Source: Octopus vulgaris (Eukaryota). Taken from it: DNA of 64,000 bases. Of this stretch, positions 42,687 to 56,839 are shown in pieces; the stretch's first letter is position 1; each line of letters starts with the position of its first letter. The notes below the pieces were generated by a model. That model did not search any database and was not told the origin of the DNA. It was given only the letters and a program-made list of their open reading frames with translations. The translations under genes and the position numbers were made by a program. The stretch spans positions 76,942,001 to 77,006,000 of the forward strand of contig OX597816.1 of NCBI GenBank assembly GCA_951406725.2, read 5' to 3'.

Positions 42687-42834
42687 CATACATACATACA
42701 TACATACATACATGCATACAGATATTTATATATAGATATACATACACTCACACGCACATACACATATACACAGATATATGTATATACATATATACAAAAA
42801 GTACGTCTATATTGCAGATATGCATATATATACG

Positions 42835-42865
<31 letters not shown>

Positions 42866-42896
42866 TTCATATATATATATATATATAGATATATAG

Positions 42897-42958
<62 letters not shown>

Positions 42959-44638
42959 CTGCAATATATACGTACTTTTTGTATTCCTATTATGCGTATA
43001 TTGTGTATGCGCGCGCATGAGTGGTGTGTGTGTGTGTGTGTAAATGTGCTACCTTGAGCAAACTCTACAGGCTGAAACAATTTCAATTACAGTCGCAATA
43101 TATTAGAATACAAGGAGAGAGTGAATTATATTTTGGTAACGATTATCGATAAGACAATTATTGAGAAAATGAGAAGGAACAGTAGTGGAGAAAAAAGTCA
43201 CGCCAAGAATCTACATGTGTGCGCGTGTGAAAACCTATACATACGCATACACAAACACACATGCGCACACGCACACACACACACACGTATATTCCCACAC
43301 ATACACAAACACACACACACATATACTATGAAGATGGTGCAAATAGTGTATGTGTATATTAATACCTGCTGATTTTTCCTCTTTTTTTCCGGAACGAATT
43401 AATAAAGCTTTTATAGGCAGCCATTTCTTAACTCTGTTATCACGTTTTAATAAGGAATTATAATATCATGAATGAAACCTCCATATTATTTGCTTTGTAG
43501 GGCTATGCTACAGGAGGTGTGGTAGAGCGCATGACCATTTCATGAGTGCCAAGTATAGTAAAAGGAAGCAATGAAGTTCTTGTAAATCTAGAGATTTTGC
43601 CCAAATGCATAAAGATTTATTTGTGTGTATGTTGTTGTGCTTTTTTATGTGAATACCTAGATACATGCACCGGTATTTGCTTGCGACTGTTTATGTAATG
43701 TGTGAGTGCGTTTGTGTTCAGTAAGGTATTTATTTCTTGGGAAATTGATATTAGATTCAATGTGTCTTCAGTGGATTTTCTTAAACATGTCTTAGATTAT
43801 CGACTTGAATATCTAATCAAGTTATTAAAGGTTAATCTACAGCGGGTGGGAACAGAGGTTACGTATTCAAGAATTCTATAATATACATATGTGCGTGTAT
43901 ATGTGTGTGCGTGCATGTGTGTATGTGTGTGTGTATGTGTGTGTGTGTGTATTATTCCACTTCCTTTTATTTAAATATATGCTTAGAGCTAAGCTTAAGC
44001 AATGTATCATACCAAAAGAATATAAGATGCATTAATATATTTCGGATAAGTCCCATCGGTGCATATGAAAGAAAAATGATAAATTCTTTCTAACCCTTCT
44101 GTGTGTTTTTATAAATTTACGTGAGAGGTGTTGGGACATCTATATCGATAAATTTCGCTGCCTAAGTATATTTCCATCTTCCAACTCCCCTGCCAATCCA
44201 TCTACTTTCATAAAAATTCTGTGTAAATATACAGATTGACGAAGAAATATCAATAGACAGAAATGCTGATAAATGGATAATAATTTTCTTTCTTATTTAT
44301 TTATTATTATTATTTATTATTTATTTTTTTTTTTGAGATGAAGACACCTTAGTGTTAGGAAAACAAACAGAGTAATGGTCAGAGCACACTAGTTGACACT
44401 TGACATCTGAATAGGAAACAGGTTAATTATATCTGTCATAATGATGATCTATAGATTCTGGTCTCGTGTAGTAGACGATTGATAAATTATGCTCCTCTGA
44501 TTCCTCAGTAAAATACAGTCACATCACAGATGCGTTTTCTAGTCGAAGGAACTGTTTTCATCATTGTAAGACAACCGATCTTAAGTGAATTCCACAACGC
44601 TACAACTACTGACAGTGGTGAATTCTAACCCCAGCTTA

Positions 44639-44648
44639 GTTGTTGCTC

Positions 44649-44698
<50 letters not shown>

Positions 44699-44737
44699 GC
44701 TGCTGTTGCTGCTGTTGTTGTTGTTGTTGTTGTTGTT
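44639..44737. repeat. (GTT)n/(GCT)n microsatellite
   Basis: Direct reading. Confidence 0.95.
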
Positions 44738-45423
44738 AAGCAACAAGACGGGTAAGGGTGATTAGATGATGGTCTAGGGCTTAGACCTTGGAAAACAACT
44801 TTGGTCGTCTTATTGTAGTCAAGGGCTCTTCGTTGACGCCCGACACCACTGGGAGGTGGCCTTCGAAGTCGCTGGAAATGGAGATCTCCAAGTCCAAATT
44901 CTTGAACGGCTGTTGCTGTTGCTGGTGTTGTTGCTAATGGCAGTGATATTTAACCCCATACCAATCATGATCGACCAAAGATCAAAGGGTTTTCATCCGT
45001 CAGTATTCCATCTTTTGTTCAAACATAATTTATCTAGGACTACATTATCAAATGTGTCTTCCCCATTTGTTTTTGTTCCTTTTTGTGGGGGTGCAGTTAA
45101 GACTTTGGTTTGTGGGAGACTTGGCTTCAGGTGAAGAGATTACGGAGAGTTTTTCTCGTTGCTCCTCCAAGTAGGGAGTTAGGTAACGTCGACTACTTAG
45201 AGCATTATTATAATCATAGTAGCAACACTGTGTGGTGGAATATGAGACCAGTAACAGAATATAAACAACCGCAGTTACTGTTGCCTTGTGGTCTTGCACT
45301 ATTACTTTCACATTTTTTTTTACAGAGCTGAGGGTAAGCAAACATTATCTTCAAGAAATAACCGCCATAACAAATCAGGTTTCGCATTCAGGAAAGAGTA
45401 CAAAAAAAAGGGTTGAACAACTA

Positions 45424-46671
45424 CGAGGGGCGTTCAATAAGTAATGCCCCTGACCCACTTCCCATAGCAATAGAGCAACGAAACTTGGCACAGTTATTGG
45501 ACTTTTTCTACGTATTGGACTTTTTCTCAGAGTAACGCATTTCTCCCATTGTTTGATGCAGCTCTGGAGACCGTTTTTGTAGAAGACCCCAGCTTGGTCC
45601 TCCAACCACGACGTGACTTCAGAAATCAAGGCTACATCATCTGGGAAACGCTTTACTTTCAAAAATAACTTCATGGCTGAGAAGAGGTGAAAATCAGAGG
45701 GTGCAAGGTCAGGAGATTAGGGAGGAGTTCATAGCCGCACGCCTGTGCTTCTGATCTGGCGACACGCGAGTTGTGGACCGGAGCGTTGTCCTGCTGAAGG
45801 AGGATGCCTTTGCTGATCTTGCCCCGCCTCTTGATTTTGATAGCTTCTCTTAATTTCCTCAAAAGTGAAGCATAATAGGCTCCTGTAATTGTGGTACCCT
45901 TTGCCAGGAAATCTGGCATCACTACTCCGTCCTGGTCCCAGAAGGTTGTGAGCATGACCTTGCCAGCGGAGGGCTGCACCCTTGCCTTCTTTGGAGGAGG
46001 TGAGTCACGGTGATTCCACTGCATTGACTGGGCTTTGGTCTCTGGATCATAGTGATGGACACAGGTTTCATCCTGTGTAATCAGTCTTTTGAAAAATTTT
46101 GACTCATCTTCTTGGCACATCACCAAATTCATCCTCGAGCACTCGACGCGTTCTTGCTTCTGGAAAGGTGTGAGCAACCTGGGAATCCGTCTGGCAGACA
46201 CCTTTTGAATATGCAAATGGTCATGAATGATAGTTTCCACAGATCCGGTACTAATCTTGACCTCATGGGCTATTTGGCGAATAGTTATGCGTCGATCTTC
46301 CAAAATGGCAGCCTCAACTTGACGGACAGGTGCTTCATCAATGGCAGAAGGGGGGCGACCAGATCTGGGAGCTGTTTCCACAGAATTCTGACCATGTTTG
46401 AATTCACGATGCCAGCGTTTTACAAGGTCATATGATGGGGCATCATCACCATAAGTTACTTTCATTTCATCAAAAGTCTCCCGTGGTGTGCATCCTTTCA
46501 AATACAAAAACAGGATCACTGCTCGACACTCAACAGGCTCCATTTCACACTTGACTCAGTTCAAACACCTGTAAATCAGAAACTACAATTAGTTCAGAGC
46601 TGTAATTTGCCACTTAATCTATAATGATATAAATAATTGCAAGTGGGTCAGGGGCATTACTTATTGAACGC
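45424..46671 (-). mobile_element. Near-complete mariner (DD34D) transposon, ~1.25 kb
   Basis: TIRs (TA)CGAGGGGCGTTCAATAAGTAATGCCCCTGACCCACTT and AAGTGGGTCAGGGGCATTACTTATTGAACGC; the 46641-46671 TIR lacks its terminal 6 bp. Confidence 0.95.
45510..46543 (-). pseudogene. Mariner transposase with a frameshift
   Basis: ORF 46543-45671: HTH, RRIPRLL, ITQDET, QDNAPVH; a ~10-bp deletion removes HPPY; SPDLAPSDFHLF and the C-terminus (QWEKCV) continue in the frame of ORF 45674-45375. Confidence 0.9.
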
Positions 46672-47199
46672 ATAATATATCCAGAGCTATGTTATCAAAT
46701 TTGTCGTTGCTTTTGAAGACAATAGTATTGAGTTCTGGCTATGTTAAACTGGACGAGCGATTGTGCAACGATTCCTTTGGATTAAGAAAATCTGGTTATT
46801 AGGATAATGCCGATTACAATTATGATCATGACGATTATGATAAACCTGATGGCAACGATATTTGTAGTTCTTGTCGTGGATTATTTTTAATAAACAATCT
46901 GGAATTTATTAAATCAATTTCATTTGACATTTTGCGCAAAATCTCAAAAGAGCAGGGTTTTTAGCATCAATATTATAGATAATTATAGGCCCATAAATGT
47001 CACTTTTACAAAGAAAATAATATTTAATGAATGGTTTTGTGTTGTCTGGATATTGAAGAAAAATAACTCTTCCATTTTTGTAATTAAGTTATATCTCTTG
47101 TGCTGACGTTATTAAAAACGGAACAGCCTTCCTGCTTTTTAAAATATGTTGCATTAGAGAACTTCAATTAAAATATTGCTACCATTATTGTAAGTATTA

Positions 47200-47400
47200 T
47201 GGCAGAGAGTATTGAACAAAATGTTTTGTGACACTTATCCAGATCTTTACCCTTCTGGTTTCAAATCCCGTCGAGGTCGACTTTGTCTTTTATCTTTTGG
47301 AGTCGATAAAACAAAGCACTGGTGAGTTAACACGGTCAATGTTATCGATTAACTAACACTTCTTCGTAATTGCTGCCTTTGTGTGTGTCTAAATCAGAAA
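47200..47400 (+). mobile_element. SINE family B, diverged
   Basis: TTCAAATCCCGTCGAGGTCGACTTTGTCTTTTATCTTTTGGAGTCGATAAA. Confidence 0.6.
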
Positions 47401-47741
47401 CAATTATAGTCCGTACTAAGAGAATAATTTCACATTTTCAAAGAATATGAGTCAGCTGTGAAGAATGTTGTCTTCTTTAAATGTCTCTAAAAAGGACAAA
47501 ATATTCTTAGTCGACTCTTTAAATGAAATCACCGGGGAAAATGCGTGCGCGAACGTGTTACATGAGAGACAGTAAAAATTACTGAAAGACAACCGGTCAC
47601 AGTGAGTCAGCAAAGTGTGTTTCTGTGTAAATCTCTCGTCACTTGATCTGTTCAAAGTTACAGAAAAAGTTCTCTCAGCAACATTCGCCAATAAATCTGA
47701 GACAATGCCTAAAATACCTATCATTATTTGTATCAGTTTAA

Positions 47742-48102
47742 AGGCGGCGAGCTGACAGAAACGTTAGCATGCCGGGCGAAATGCGTAGCCGTATTTCGTC
47801 TGCTGTTACGTTCTGAGTCCAAATTCCGCCGAGGTCGACTTTGCCTTTCATCCTGTCGGGGTCGATAAATTAAGTTCCAGTTACGCACTTGGGTCGATAT
47901 AATCGACTTAATCCGTTTGTCTGTCCTTGTTTGTCCTCTCTGTGTTTAGCCCCTTGTGGGTAATAAAGAAATAAGTATTTCGCCCGTCGCTACGTTCTGA
48001 GTTCAAATTCCGCTTTGAGTTCAAATTCCGATTTTGCCCTTCATTCTTTCGGGGTTGATTAAATATGTACCAGTTGATTACTGGGGGTCGATATAATTGA
48101 CT
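47742..48102 (+). mobile_element. SINE family B, full copy plus partial tandem copy
   Basis: GGCGGCGAGCTGACAGAAACGTTAGC..GAGTCCAAATTCCGCCGAGGTCGACTTTGCCTTTCATCC..GGGGTCGATAAATTAAG; body repeated at 47975-48102. Confidence 0.85.
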
Positions 48103-48193
48103 TACTCCTACACACACACACACACGCTTATATGTATGTATGTATATATGCATGCATTATTTAAAACCGTTCACACTGTTTTAAATAATATGC

Positions 48194-48319
<126 letters not shown>

Positions 48320-48832
48320 CGGGGTCCCGTTAGGGGCCTGCGAAACCTGAAGTAGCACGGAACCGAATCAAACGGTTTTAAATAATACATATAACTCCTG
48401 CTAAATATGTTGAGTGCACTTTTCTTTCATTTGTCCACTCATTCATATATACATATATATATATATATGTGTGTGTGTGTGCGTGTGTGTGTGTGTGTGT
48501 GTATGTATATGTATATATATATGCACACATACACACACACACACGCATATAATATATGTACGTATACATATCTGCCACTGACACACTCTTTCTCTCCCAC
48601 TCTCTCTCTCTCTCTCTCTTTTGCTCGTTCGCTCGCTCCCTCTGACGGTCTATCTGTCTTTCTCTCTGTCTGTGTGTCTGTCTATCTGTCTGTCTATCTT
48701 TCTGTCTCTCTGTCTATTTGTATGTATGTATGTATGTATGTGTGTATGTATGTATGTATGTATGTATTATGTATGCATGTACGTATATATGTATTGTGTA
48801 ATTATTCAGTTTATTTCAAGATTTCTTGACAA

Positions 48833-48878
48833 TAAAGAACCGGTTTCGAACATAGATCCAAGGTTCTTTCATCAGAAC
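48833..48878 (-). ncRNA. Minimal HHR-like motif
   Basis: CTGATGA-aaGAACcttggatctatGTTC-GAAAC-CG-GTT; stem I weak. Confidence 0.45.
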
Positions 48879-51278
48879 TTCAAAATCAATAACAGGCTTA
48901 TTTTTGTTTGTATGTATGTATGCATGTATGTATGTATGTATGAATACAGAAACACATATATTTGTCAACATGGTCTTTCAAATGTTAAAGCGACAACTTT
49001 CGAAATTAGAAAATTTCTTCTTTTTAAAATGATAAATCTCTGTTCATTAAAATTCTCTTAAGGAAACTCTCCAATAAATATTCGTATTTCTCTATTATAT
49101 TTTAATAAATTTGCTTTACAATTAGAAATGTCACTTATCTATCGGTCTATCAATGTATCTACCTATCTATTACTTTCTACTTATCTATTTATCTGTCTAT
49201 CTGTCTATCAATCTTTCTACCTATCTATCTTCCTATCTATTTACCTATCTATCTATATATTTATCATTGATTTTAGCCCGGTCTCTTATCCAGTGCACAA
49301 GTAATCTAAACGACTCACAGGCGTTGTTCACTTCAGTTTAACTTCATTTAAACATTTCAGAAAATACTTGAATGCTTATTTTCTTACGGTCATTATTATT
49401 GAACAGTTTGCCATGAACGAAATACATGTACAAGAGGGTCCCGCAGGAATCTCAATTACGCAAATGTTAAATCTACTAACTGTATTGCATACAGAAACAT
49501 TGACTGTCAAAATTTCTTGCTCGTGGTTTGTTGTATATAATGTTACATGTAGAAATAAAAGCAGTTAAAATCAAATATTTATTTTGATCTGGCATAAAAC
49601 AATGGGTCATGCACTATTACTAGATAACTTTGAGGGGATTTGCAGCACAGTACCCAAACCTTACACAAATTAACAAGAACATGTTTGAAGAAAATCATAT
49701 AAAAGCGAAGCAATGCTGCAAACACAGAAACATAGAAATACTACTGTGCCCAGAGTTCAAACAGATGGTTAGACACTGACCGATCGGATCATAGAAACGG
49801 TACAGTTGATTTGGTTTTCATAGAGAGTATATGACTTTCTCAGAAGATGTTGTATCAAGCTCTGGAGCAAATTAAATAATCGTTGGTATTATAGTGAGTT
49901 TAATCCTTTAAGTAGATACTTGTTCCTACTCACTTGTATAGAATTATCTTAAGGTAAATTCTGGAATAACCTACATCGAAGATATACAGAGTTTTTGTGA
50001 TCAAGTTGTAAATGTGTGACGAAATACTCACACACAAGATATTTACTGTTATCACAAAATAATAGTAAAATGTGTCTTTAACATTTATACATATATCAAA
50101 TGTGAAATTAAGTTGATCGTCCGTCAGTTTCGATGATGAATAATCTAGATGTTCGGACAACTGAGTTGTATCATAGTGTAAAAGAGTGATTATTTCAGAT
50201 ATTTGTATCCTCAAAGTATTCTCCGGACAAACATAATAAGTGACAAGTGTGGACTTTTAAATTATATCCATTCTTCATCTAACGGGCTTCCATACGGTTT
50301 CCATATATCCAGTTTCACTCACAAGGCGGGAATCGGCTTGAAATTGTGGTAAAATGCATTTCCCCAAAATGCCACGCAAATTCTTCATTGCTAAACCAAC
50401 TTTATAACTACATTGCCATGCTTGCGTACATACTAAATGTGGAAAAAGATGGCGTAACTATTTTTCTCACTTCAAACCATTTTATATTTAAACCAAGACG
50501 ATACTCTGTTATTATAAACCCAAGGAAATTCGTTCTTTGAGACTGTATGAAACTGGCAAAAAGTTATTGAAATTAAATTTATTCATACTTAAACCATTTT
50601 ATAGCTTAACAGCTTCCATAACAATTATCTTGTATTACTCTAAAAATACTTATCACAGATAATAATTTTTATTCCATGTCTTGTGATATTAGTCGGTTGT
50701 TTTTTCTGTGAAGTCATCTAAATGCAACCAAAAGATGCCATAAACATGATGCGATAAACATGCAAACGAACTAAACTACTTTTATCATTACCATCACTAA
50801 GTTCTCATATAGCATCGTATAAAATTTGATCCGTCGGAGTCTACGGTAAAATATATACAACTATAGCTTTAAATCCTAATTTGAAAATAATTTTTCTCGT
50901 TTCTCTAAGCTAAGAATAACTCCATTATTAAAGCTTATTGACGATCTCATTGATGACCATATAAAAATATATATAATAATACATTTTGGACTACCAATAG
51001 CTGTATGTATGAGGCTGCATTAAGTCTGAAAGAACACCTAAAGTTACTCGCAGTGAGCCTGATAGAAACCTAGGAAGATAAGGAAATGGGAAAATCTCTA
51101 CAACCTGTCGTTGAATCGATCATTTAGGTATCAGTGTAAAGAGCAAGGTAACTAAGTTCACAGCACATCAACGACTTCTTTGGAAAAATTGACTAAAATA
51201 GAAATACTACACCTCAGACTGTAATGATAAAAATAACTATCATGAATACAAGAATACAAGACATTAAGTGAAATATCG

Positions 51279-51656
51279 TGGCATTCTGTCGGTTACGACG
51301 ACGTGGGTTCCAGTTGATCCGATCAACGGAACAGCCTGCTCGTGAAATTACCGTGTAAGTGGCTGAGCACTCCACAGACACATGTCTCCTTAACGTAGTT
51401 CTCGGGGAGATTCAGCGTGACACAATGTGGGACGAGGCTGGCCCTTTGAAATACAGCTGCAATAGAAACAGGAAGAAAGAGTGAGAGAAAGTTGTGGTGA
51501 AAGAGTACAACAAGGGTCGCCACCACCCCCTGCTTTACATTGTGAAGCTTTCGGTATTTTCGCTCAATAAACACTCACAACGCCCGGTCTGGAAATCGAA
51601 ACCGCGATCCCACGACAGCGAGTCCGCTGCCCTAACCATTGGGCTATTGCGCCTCT
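51279..51656 (-). mobile_element. tRNA-derived SINE family C, full length
   Basis: Head GAGGCGCAATAGCCCAATGGTTAGGGCAGCGGACTCGC..GCGGTTTCGATTTCC; tail GTCGTCGTAACCGACAGAATGCCA. Confidence 0.85.
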
Positions 51657-51779
51657 GCTATTGAGTGAAATACCTCGTTATCGTAGGGAAAAACAACTTC
51701 AACGAACCAACATTAACTACATGTTTATTTTTAATCTACAAGCTGTATACCAGAGAATGAAAAATATACACCATCTTCA

Positions 51780-52790
51780 TAAAAACATTTCCTTCTCAGG
51801 AAGATTTTAAATAATTTTATGAAAGTTATGGAAAAACACGATTTCAATGGGAACACATTAGAGCCAGATACAAATAAGAACCTGTATCAACATCAGCAGT
51901 AAAACTGATGTAGTCAAGTTTAAAACTTTAAGTAAAGCTGAAGAAAATCTGTATAATGGGATGGCGACAGAAAGGAACTTATTTGAGAAGTTGTGCAAGA
52001 TGCTGACATCTTACACAAAGTCACTGATATGTAAATTTATAATAAGAACTATGGAAAGTCAGATTGACATATTAAATTGGTTAGTTATATCACGGATAAA
52101 TCTTGTAGCTGAGGATGAAAGCATTGACTTTGCAGAAAACTATAGTCGCATTGATTATCTTAACATCGTGTATTAACTTTTACACAAGTTATCTCAACCA
52201 GGTTTAGAGATAAGAGTCAAAGTAAGTGTAACGAATATTAAAAAATTCATTGCAAGCTGTACAAGACAGTAAATTGATTAATCAGGAGAGTAAAATATGA
52301 GAGTTGGTAACACACTTCTTTTCACGTGGCTGCCGGACAGCTTTCGATTAATAACGCTGCGCTGCCTGAAGGAAAAAAAGGACATTGCAAAATCTTGTGG
52401 CTGTAGGATTCGATTACAGGAAGACTTTCAATCTGAACCACCTATCACGGTTACTGGAGTCACTACACCTGCCAAGGGTACTAGCTACTCTAACTGTTGT
52501 TACTGAAAGGCTAACAAAAGTTTGGTTCACAATCCTCACAGTTAACTCACACATTGCTGAAGGCAAAATTAAATGTCTCTGATTACTCTCTCTCTTACTT
52601 GTTTCAGTCAGTTGACTGCGACCATGCTGGAACACCACCTTTAGTCGAACAAATTGACCCCAGGACTTATTCTTTGTAAGCCTAGTACGTATTCTATCAG
52701 TCTCTCTTGCTGAACCGCTAAGTTACGGGGACTTAAATACACCACCATCGGTTGTCAAGCGATGGTGGGGGAACAGACACAGACACACAA

Positions 52791-52834
<44 letters not shown>

Positions 52835-52840
52835 ACACAT

Positions 52841-52898
<58 letters not shown>

Positions 52899-53282
52899 GG
52901 CGGACCTCTTTCAGTTTCCATCCACCAAATCCACTCACAAGACTTTGGTCGGCCAGAGGCTATAGTAGAAGACACTTGCCCAAGGTACCACGCAGTGGGA
53001 ATGAACCCGGAATCATGTAGTTGGTAAGCAAGCTACTTACCACACAGCCATTCCTGCGTCTATTATATAAATATTTCAAAGAGAACGGACAGATATTCTG
53101 TCTGTTCACTTTATGTTAGCATTAATCTACTACCATTTATTTCGTAAAATTCCAGTAGCTGTGAATCATGACGTGTGATAGCAAACGCCATCAATATAAA
53201 CCTTTATGTGGACGATTTAAAGTTCTACACAGGAAATATTTACAATATTGAGAAACAGCTAGATTTAGTAAAATTCCAAAAT
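51780..53282 (+). pseudogene. Decayed non-LTR retrotransposon RT (R4/Dong-like), interrupted by a SINE
   Basis: NWLVISRINLV..NYSRIDYLNIVY (cf. WLxxGRTxL..NYRPITCL); a GIFQGDSLSPL-like segment at ~53070-53130; NINLYVDDLKFY (cf. HLLYMDDLKLY). Confidence 0.6.
52585..53059 (-). mobile_element. SINE family A, full length
   Basis: High similarity to 15285-15699. Confidence 0.85.
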
Positions 53283-53284
53283 GT

Positions 53285-53435
53285 GGATATGTGGTTAAGA
53301 ATTTCATTTGGCAAGCGCGTGGTTTCGAGTTCATTCCCTCTGCCTGGCACCTTGGGCAAGCATCTACTAAATATCCGTACCGATCAACGACTTGTGAATG
53401 AATGTCGTAGACAGAAACTCGGTGGAAACCCGTGA
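53285..53435 (+). mobile_element. SINE family A 5' fragment
   Basis: ATGTGGTTAAG..GAGTTCATTCC..CACCTTGGGCAAG..GTAGACAGAAACT. Confidence 0.6.
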
Positions 53436-54058
53436 TATATATGAGAGAGAGCACGTATGTATTTGTGCGTGTGTATGTCTCTCGATGTGTATGCGTGTGT
53501 GTGTGTGTCTGAGTGTGTTTATGTGTGTGTTTGTGTTTACGCAAACAAACGTACAAATTTTTAAATGTACAAATCCCATAGAAGACTTGCTTTAATTGCA
53601 TTAGTAAAATACTCATTATGCTCATGTTTTTTTCTTGAATGATTTATTTTTCATTTACATTTTATTTATTTGGCATTAATATTCATAAGTTCATAGCAAT
53701 GATGGTATTTTTCTCTTCTTCATGGCCTACATGTTGCATTCTATTAGTTCCATTGACAGATGTGCAGTATATTTGTTTGAATTTATAATTTACATATTTT
53801 GCTGCGAGTATGTATTCTGAGATTTCAGACATTTGACCGTTACTGCCAAAGTTTAACAATACAATACCAATGGATTATATGGGAATTAGTGGAGTTCTAG
53901 AAAGTAAGGCATCACTAGACTATTAAACTTTAAATATCCAAAACAATAACATTAGCAAAAATACATTCATAGCCTCTCCGGCCACGTGAGAGAATATAGT
54001 TAAATGAATGTGATTGGAAAAGCAATCACCATATGGTATGAGCGCGTGCGTGTGTGTG

Positions 54059-54117
<59 letters not shown>

Positions 54118-54175
54118 ATAAATGCATGAATGTATGCCTGTGTATATGTACATATATATTTTTTTAGATCCTGGT

Positions 54176-54660
54176 TGTTGCCCGGCTCTTAGGTAGTATT
54201 GTTTGCTGCAAACAGCACTCTTGTTTTTCCTTATACTAAACACTCTTGTTAGCACTCATGTTTTTCGCTCGAACGAACTTTAGTGCGATTTTTTAACCCT
54301 AAGAAGGCATCCCTTCTAGCTGTTTAACACTGCACAACTGCATCCGATATACTATGAGATGGGGAATCGAACCCTTTCCAGATTCTAGCGACGGGACCAA
54401 CACATAGTAATTCGAACAACTACCATTACGGCAACTTACGGGTTCGGTGCGAGTTCAGTTCGCATTAACACACCGGGTTTGGCGTGAGTTCAATGTAAAA
54501 CTAACACACCCAACTCTTACGACTCCTACCGAACGTCTCTGAACCAATACGCTATCCTTTACAAGAGTTCGGCTAGTCCATTCTTCCAATTCCCCAGGAT
54601 GTCACTGACTCTCGCCACATCACCCCCTTTGAGATTGACTTTCGTTGGAAGTTAATATTA

Positions 54661-54713
<53 letters not shown>

Positions 54714-55680
54714 TTCTTTCATCACATCTCCCTTTTGAGATTTTCCTTCCAGGGAAGTTTAATATTTCTTCCGTTTAGGCACTACTTCCAACTGTTCTGT
54801 TAGCTTCCTCTTTCTTGTGCCACTACGCATAGGTTCGATTTCTTCTGACGTTGGAACATCAAAGGTGTCATAGAACACTTCTATGCGTATATCTTTTCTT
54901 TTTTCCGTATAACTATTTTTAAGCTGGTTTAAATTTCTTGTGTGTTCCCATGTTCAACTCTTATGTATCTGAAAGCGATCTTTTTCTTCAGTCTTATCAG
55001 CGTCATGTCTTACATTTATAATCCCCAGGCATTCTTCATCCACTGTCAGTAGATTTAATTTTTGGTCCCGTTCTAATTTTGTTAATATGCGGAAACGTAT
55101 ATCAGCATCTTTTCTAGCAGTAACCCGTAAACAACAATTAGACATTTGAACAAATCCGAGGTTAATTCATTTAATTTGAAGTTTCACAATTTCTGTTAAC
55201 GACCCGAGAATAGGTGACGAAATCTTCATCGTCATTTTTAACTAAATTTAAACACTGCCAACAAGTATTGAATAAGGAACTTCTTTCCCTGAAAATTTTC
55301 GATAAAAATTGAATGTTTCATTGAAACAAATCCCACCTGGTTCCTTCGGTAGAATATAATTACAGCATTTTTCGAGTTCGACAGGGGATAACTTTCTTAA
55401 AAGTAGTTGCACCTTCTTTTCGTCATTCCAGTTTTTGGATTTTTCTTTGAAGATTTCTTCGAATCTTCTAAAGTATGCAGAAAAAGTAGTTCCTTCTTCT
55501 GGGTTGTAAATAAATTCTCCAATTGACGTTGCTACGCCGTCTGACGAGAATGAACCTGAAGTTATTTCAGACTTCTTCAACATTACTTCCAATAACTGTT
55601 GATATTGTTGTTGTTGCTGTTGTAGTTAGTGGTGTAACTGAACCACGCAAGCTTCCATGTTAATGATTTTTTTCTTTGAT
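54176..55680 (-). mobile_element. Internally deleted Gypsy LTR retrotransposon relic (gag, pol C-terminus, PPT, 3' LTR)
   Basis: gag EFIYNPEEGTTFSAYFRRFEEIF..DEKKVQLLLRKL..NYILPKEP and DADIRFRILTKLE..EEC; C-terminus IEVFYDTFDVP..PKRKKY*; PPT AAAGGGGGTGA followed by TGT at ~54620; LTR outer boundary uncertain. Confidence 0.75.
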
Positions 55681-56241
55681 TTGAAAAATCAGCAAAAACA
55701 CCAAAATGAAAAAGACAAATGAAAATATACGAAAAAAAAAACGATTAACTACGTACCAATGGTTTCACTTGTTAATATCTACGTATACAAACACGCAGAT
55801 ATCCGCAAGATCGTCAGCGTACGTAGGTAATCGATTTTTTTATTTCGTATAGTTCCATTTGTCTTGTTCATTTTTACATTTTGACGTTTTTGCTGAGATT
55901 TTTTTGGAGAACACATTCTTCGTGGTAATGGCGATTTGACGTCTATGTTTAGCATATTAGGTGTCCACTTTAGTGGTCATTCCTCTTAATTTTGTATGTA
56001 ATACAATTTTTAATCTTCGGATTTTTTATATATGCAAAGCCATTGCTTTTAATTTATTAATATCAATTTCTACCTTTATTATTTAATTTCATATGTATAT
56101 ATATATATATATATACATATCACAATCAAGGAACGGCCATAATAGGCCATTCACCCACTAGAAATAACAGCCAAAAGCTTTAACCGCAAAATAACATTAA
56201 TTCCGTAAACCAGGAGAAAATTGAAAAACATTTACCCTGTA

Positions 56242-56348
56242 ATTTCTTAGACGATGCACCGTTTCATCTACCGTTTAATGGTAAACTAACCTGATTAAAT
56301 TAAATCAAGCCAATCCACCATAGGCCCTTAGACTCATCAGTAAGAAAT
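56242..56348 (-). ncRNA. Type I hammerhead ribozyme, intact
   Basis: Reverse complement of the 57573 motif. Confidence 0.9.
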
Positions 56349-56732
56349 AGCCAAGTCGGAATAGATATTTTTCACGAGGCATTCCTCTTGCTACCTCGGC
56401 AATATCTGACCTAAAATTTTCAAATCGTCGCACTCGCGCCAAATTTATCGGCAGCAAATAAATATAAGCCACCGATTCCATTATGGAACTAACCAGAAAA
56501 TTCATAATTAATCAATATAGGGTGGCAAAAAAAATTTTGTAGAATTCTTTTGCCACCAGCGGCCTAGTGGGAAAAAATTAAATAGTCATAAACCATTTTT
56601 AAGTTCAACATCACAATCAAGGAACGGCCATAATAGGCCATTCACCCACTAGAAATAACAGCCAAAAGCTTTAACCGCAAAATAACATTAATTCCGTAAA
56701 CCAGGAGAAAATTGAAAAACATTTACCCTGTA

Positions 56733-56839
56733 ATTTCTTAGACGATGCACCGTTTCATCTACCGTTTAATGGTAAACTAACCTGATTAAATTAAATCAAG
56801 CCAATCCACCATAGGCCCTTAGACTCATCAGTAAGAAAT
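56733..56839 (-). ncRNA. Type I hammerhead ribozyme, intact
   Basis: Reverse complement of the 57573 motif, 491 bp from the previous copy. Confidence 0.9.

Noticed and set aside
51590-51656. tRNA gene
   Set aside because: It is the tRNA-derived head of a SINE, continuous with the SINE body; the same applies at ~1420-1487 and ~15630-15699
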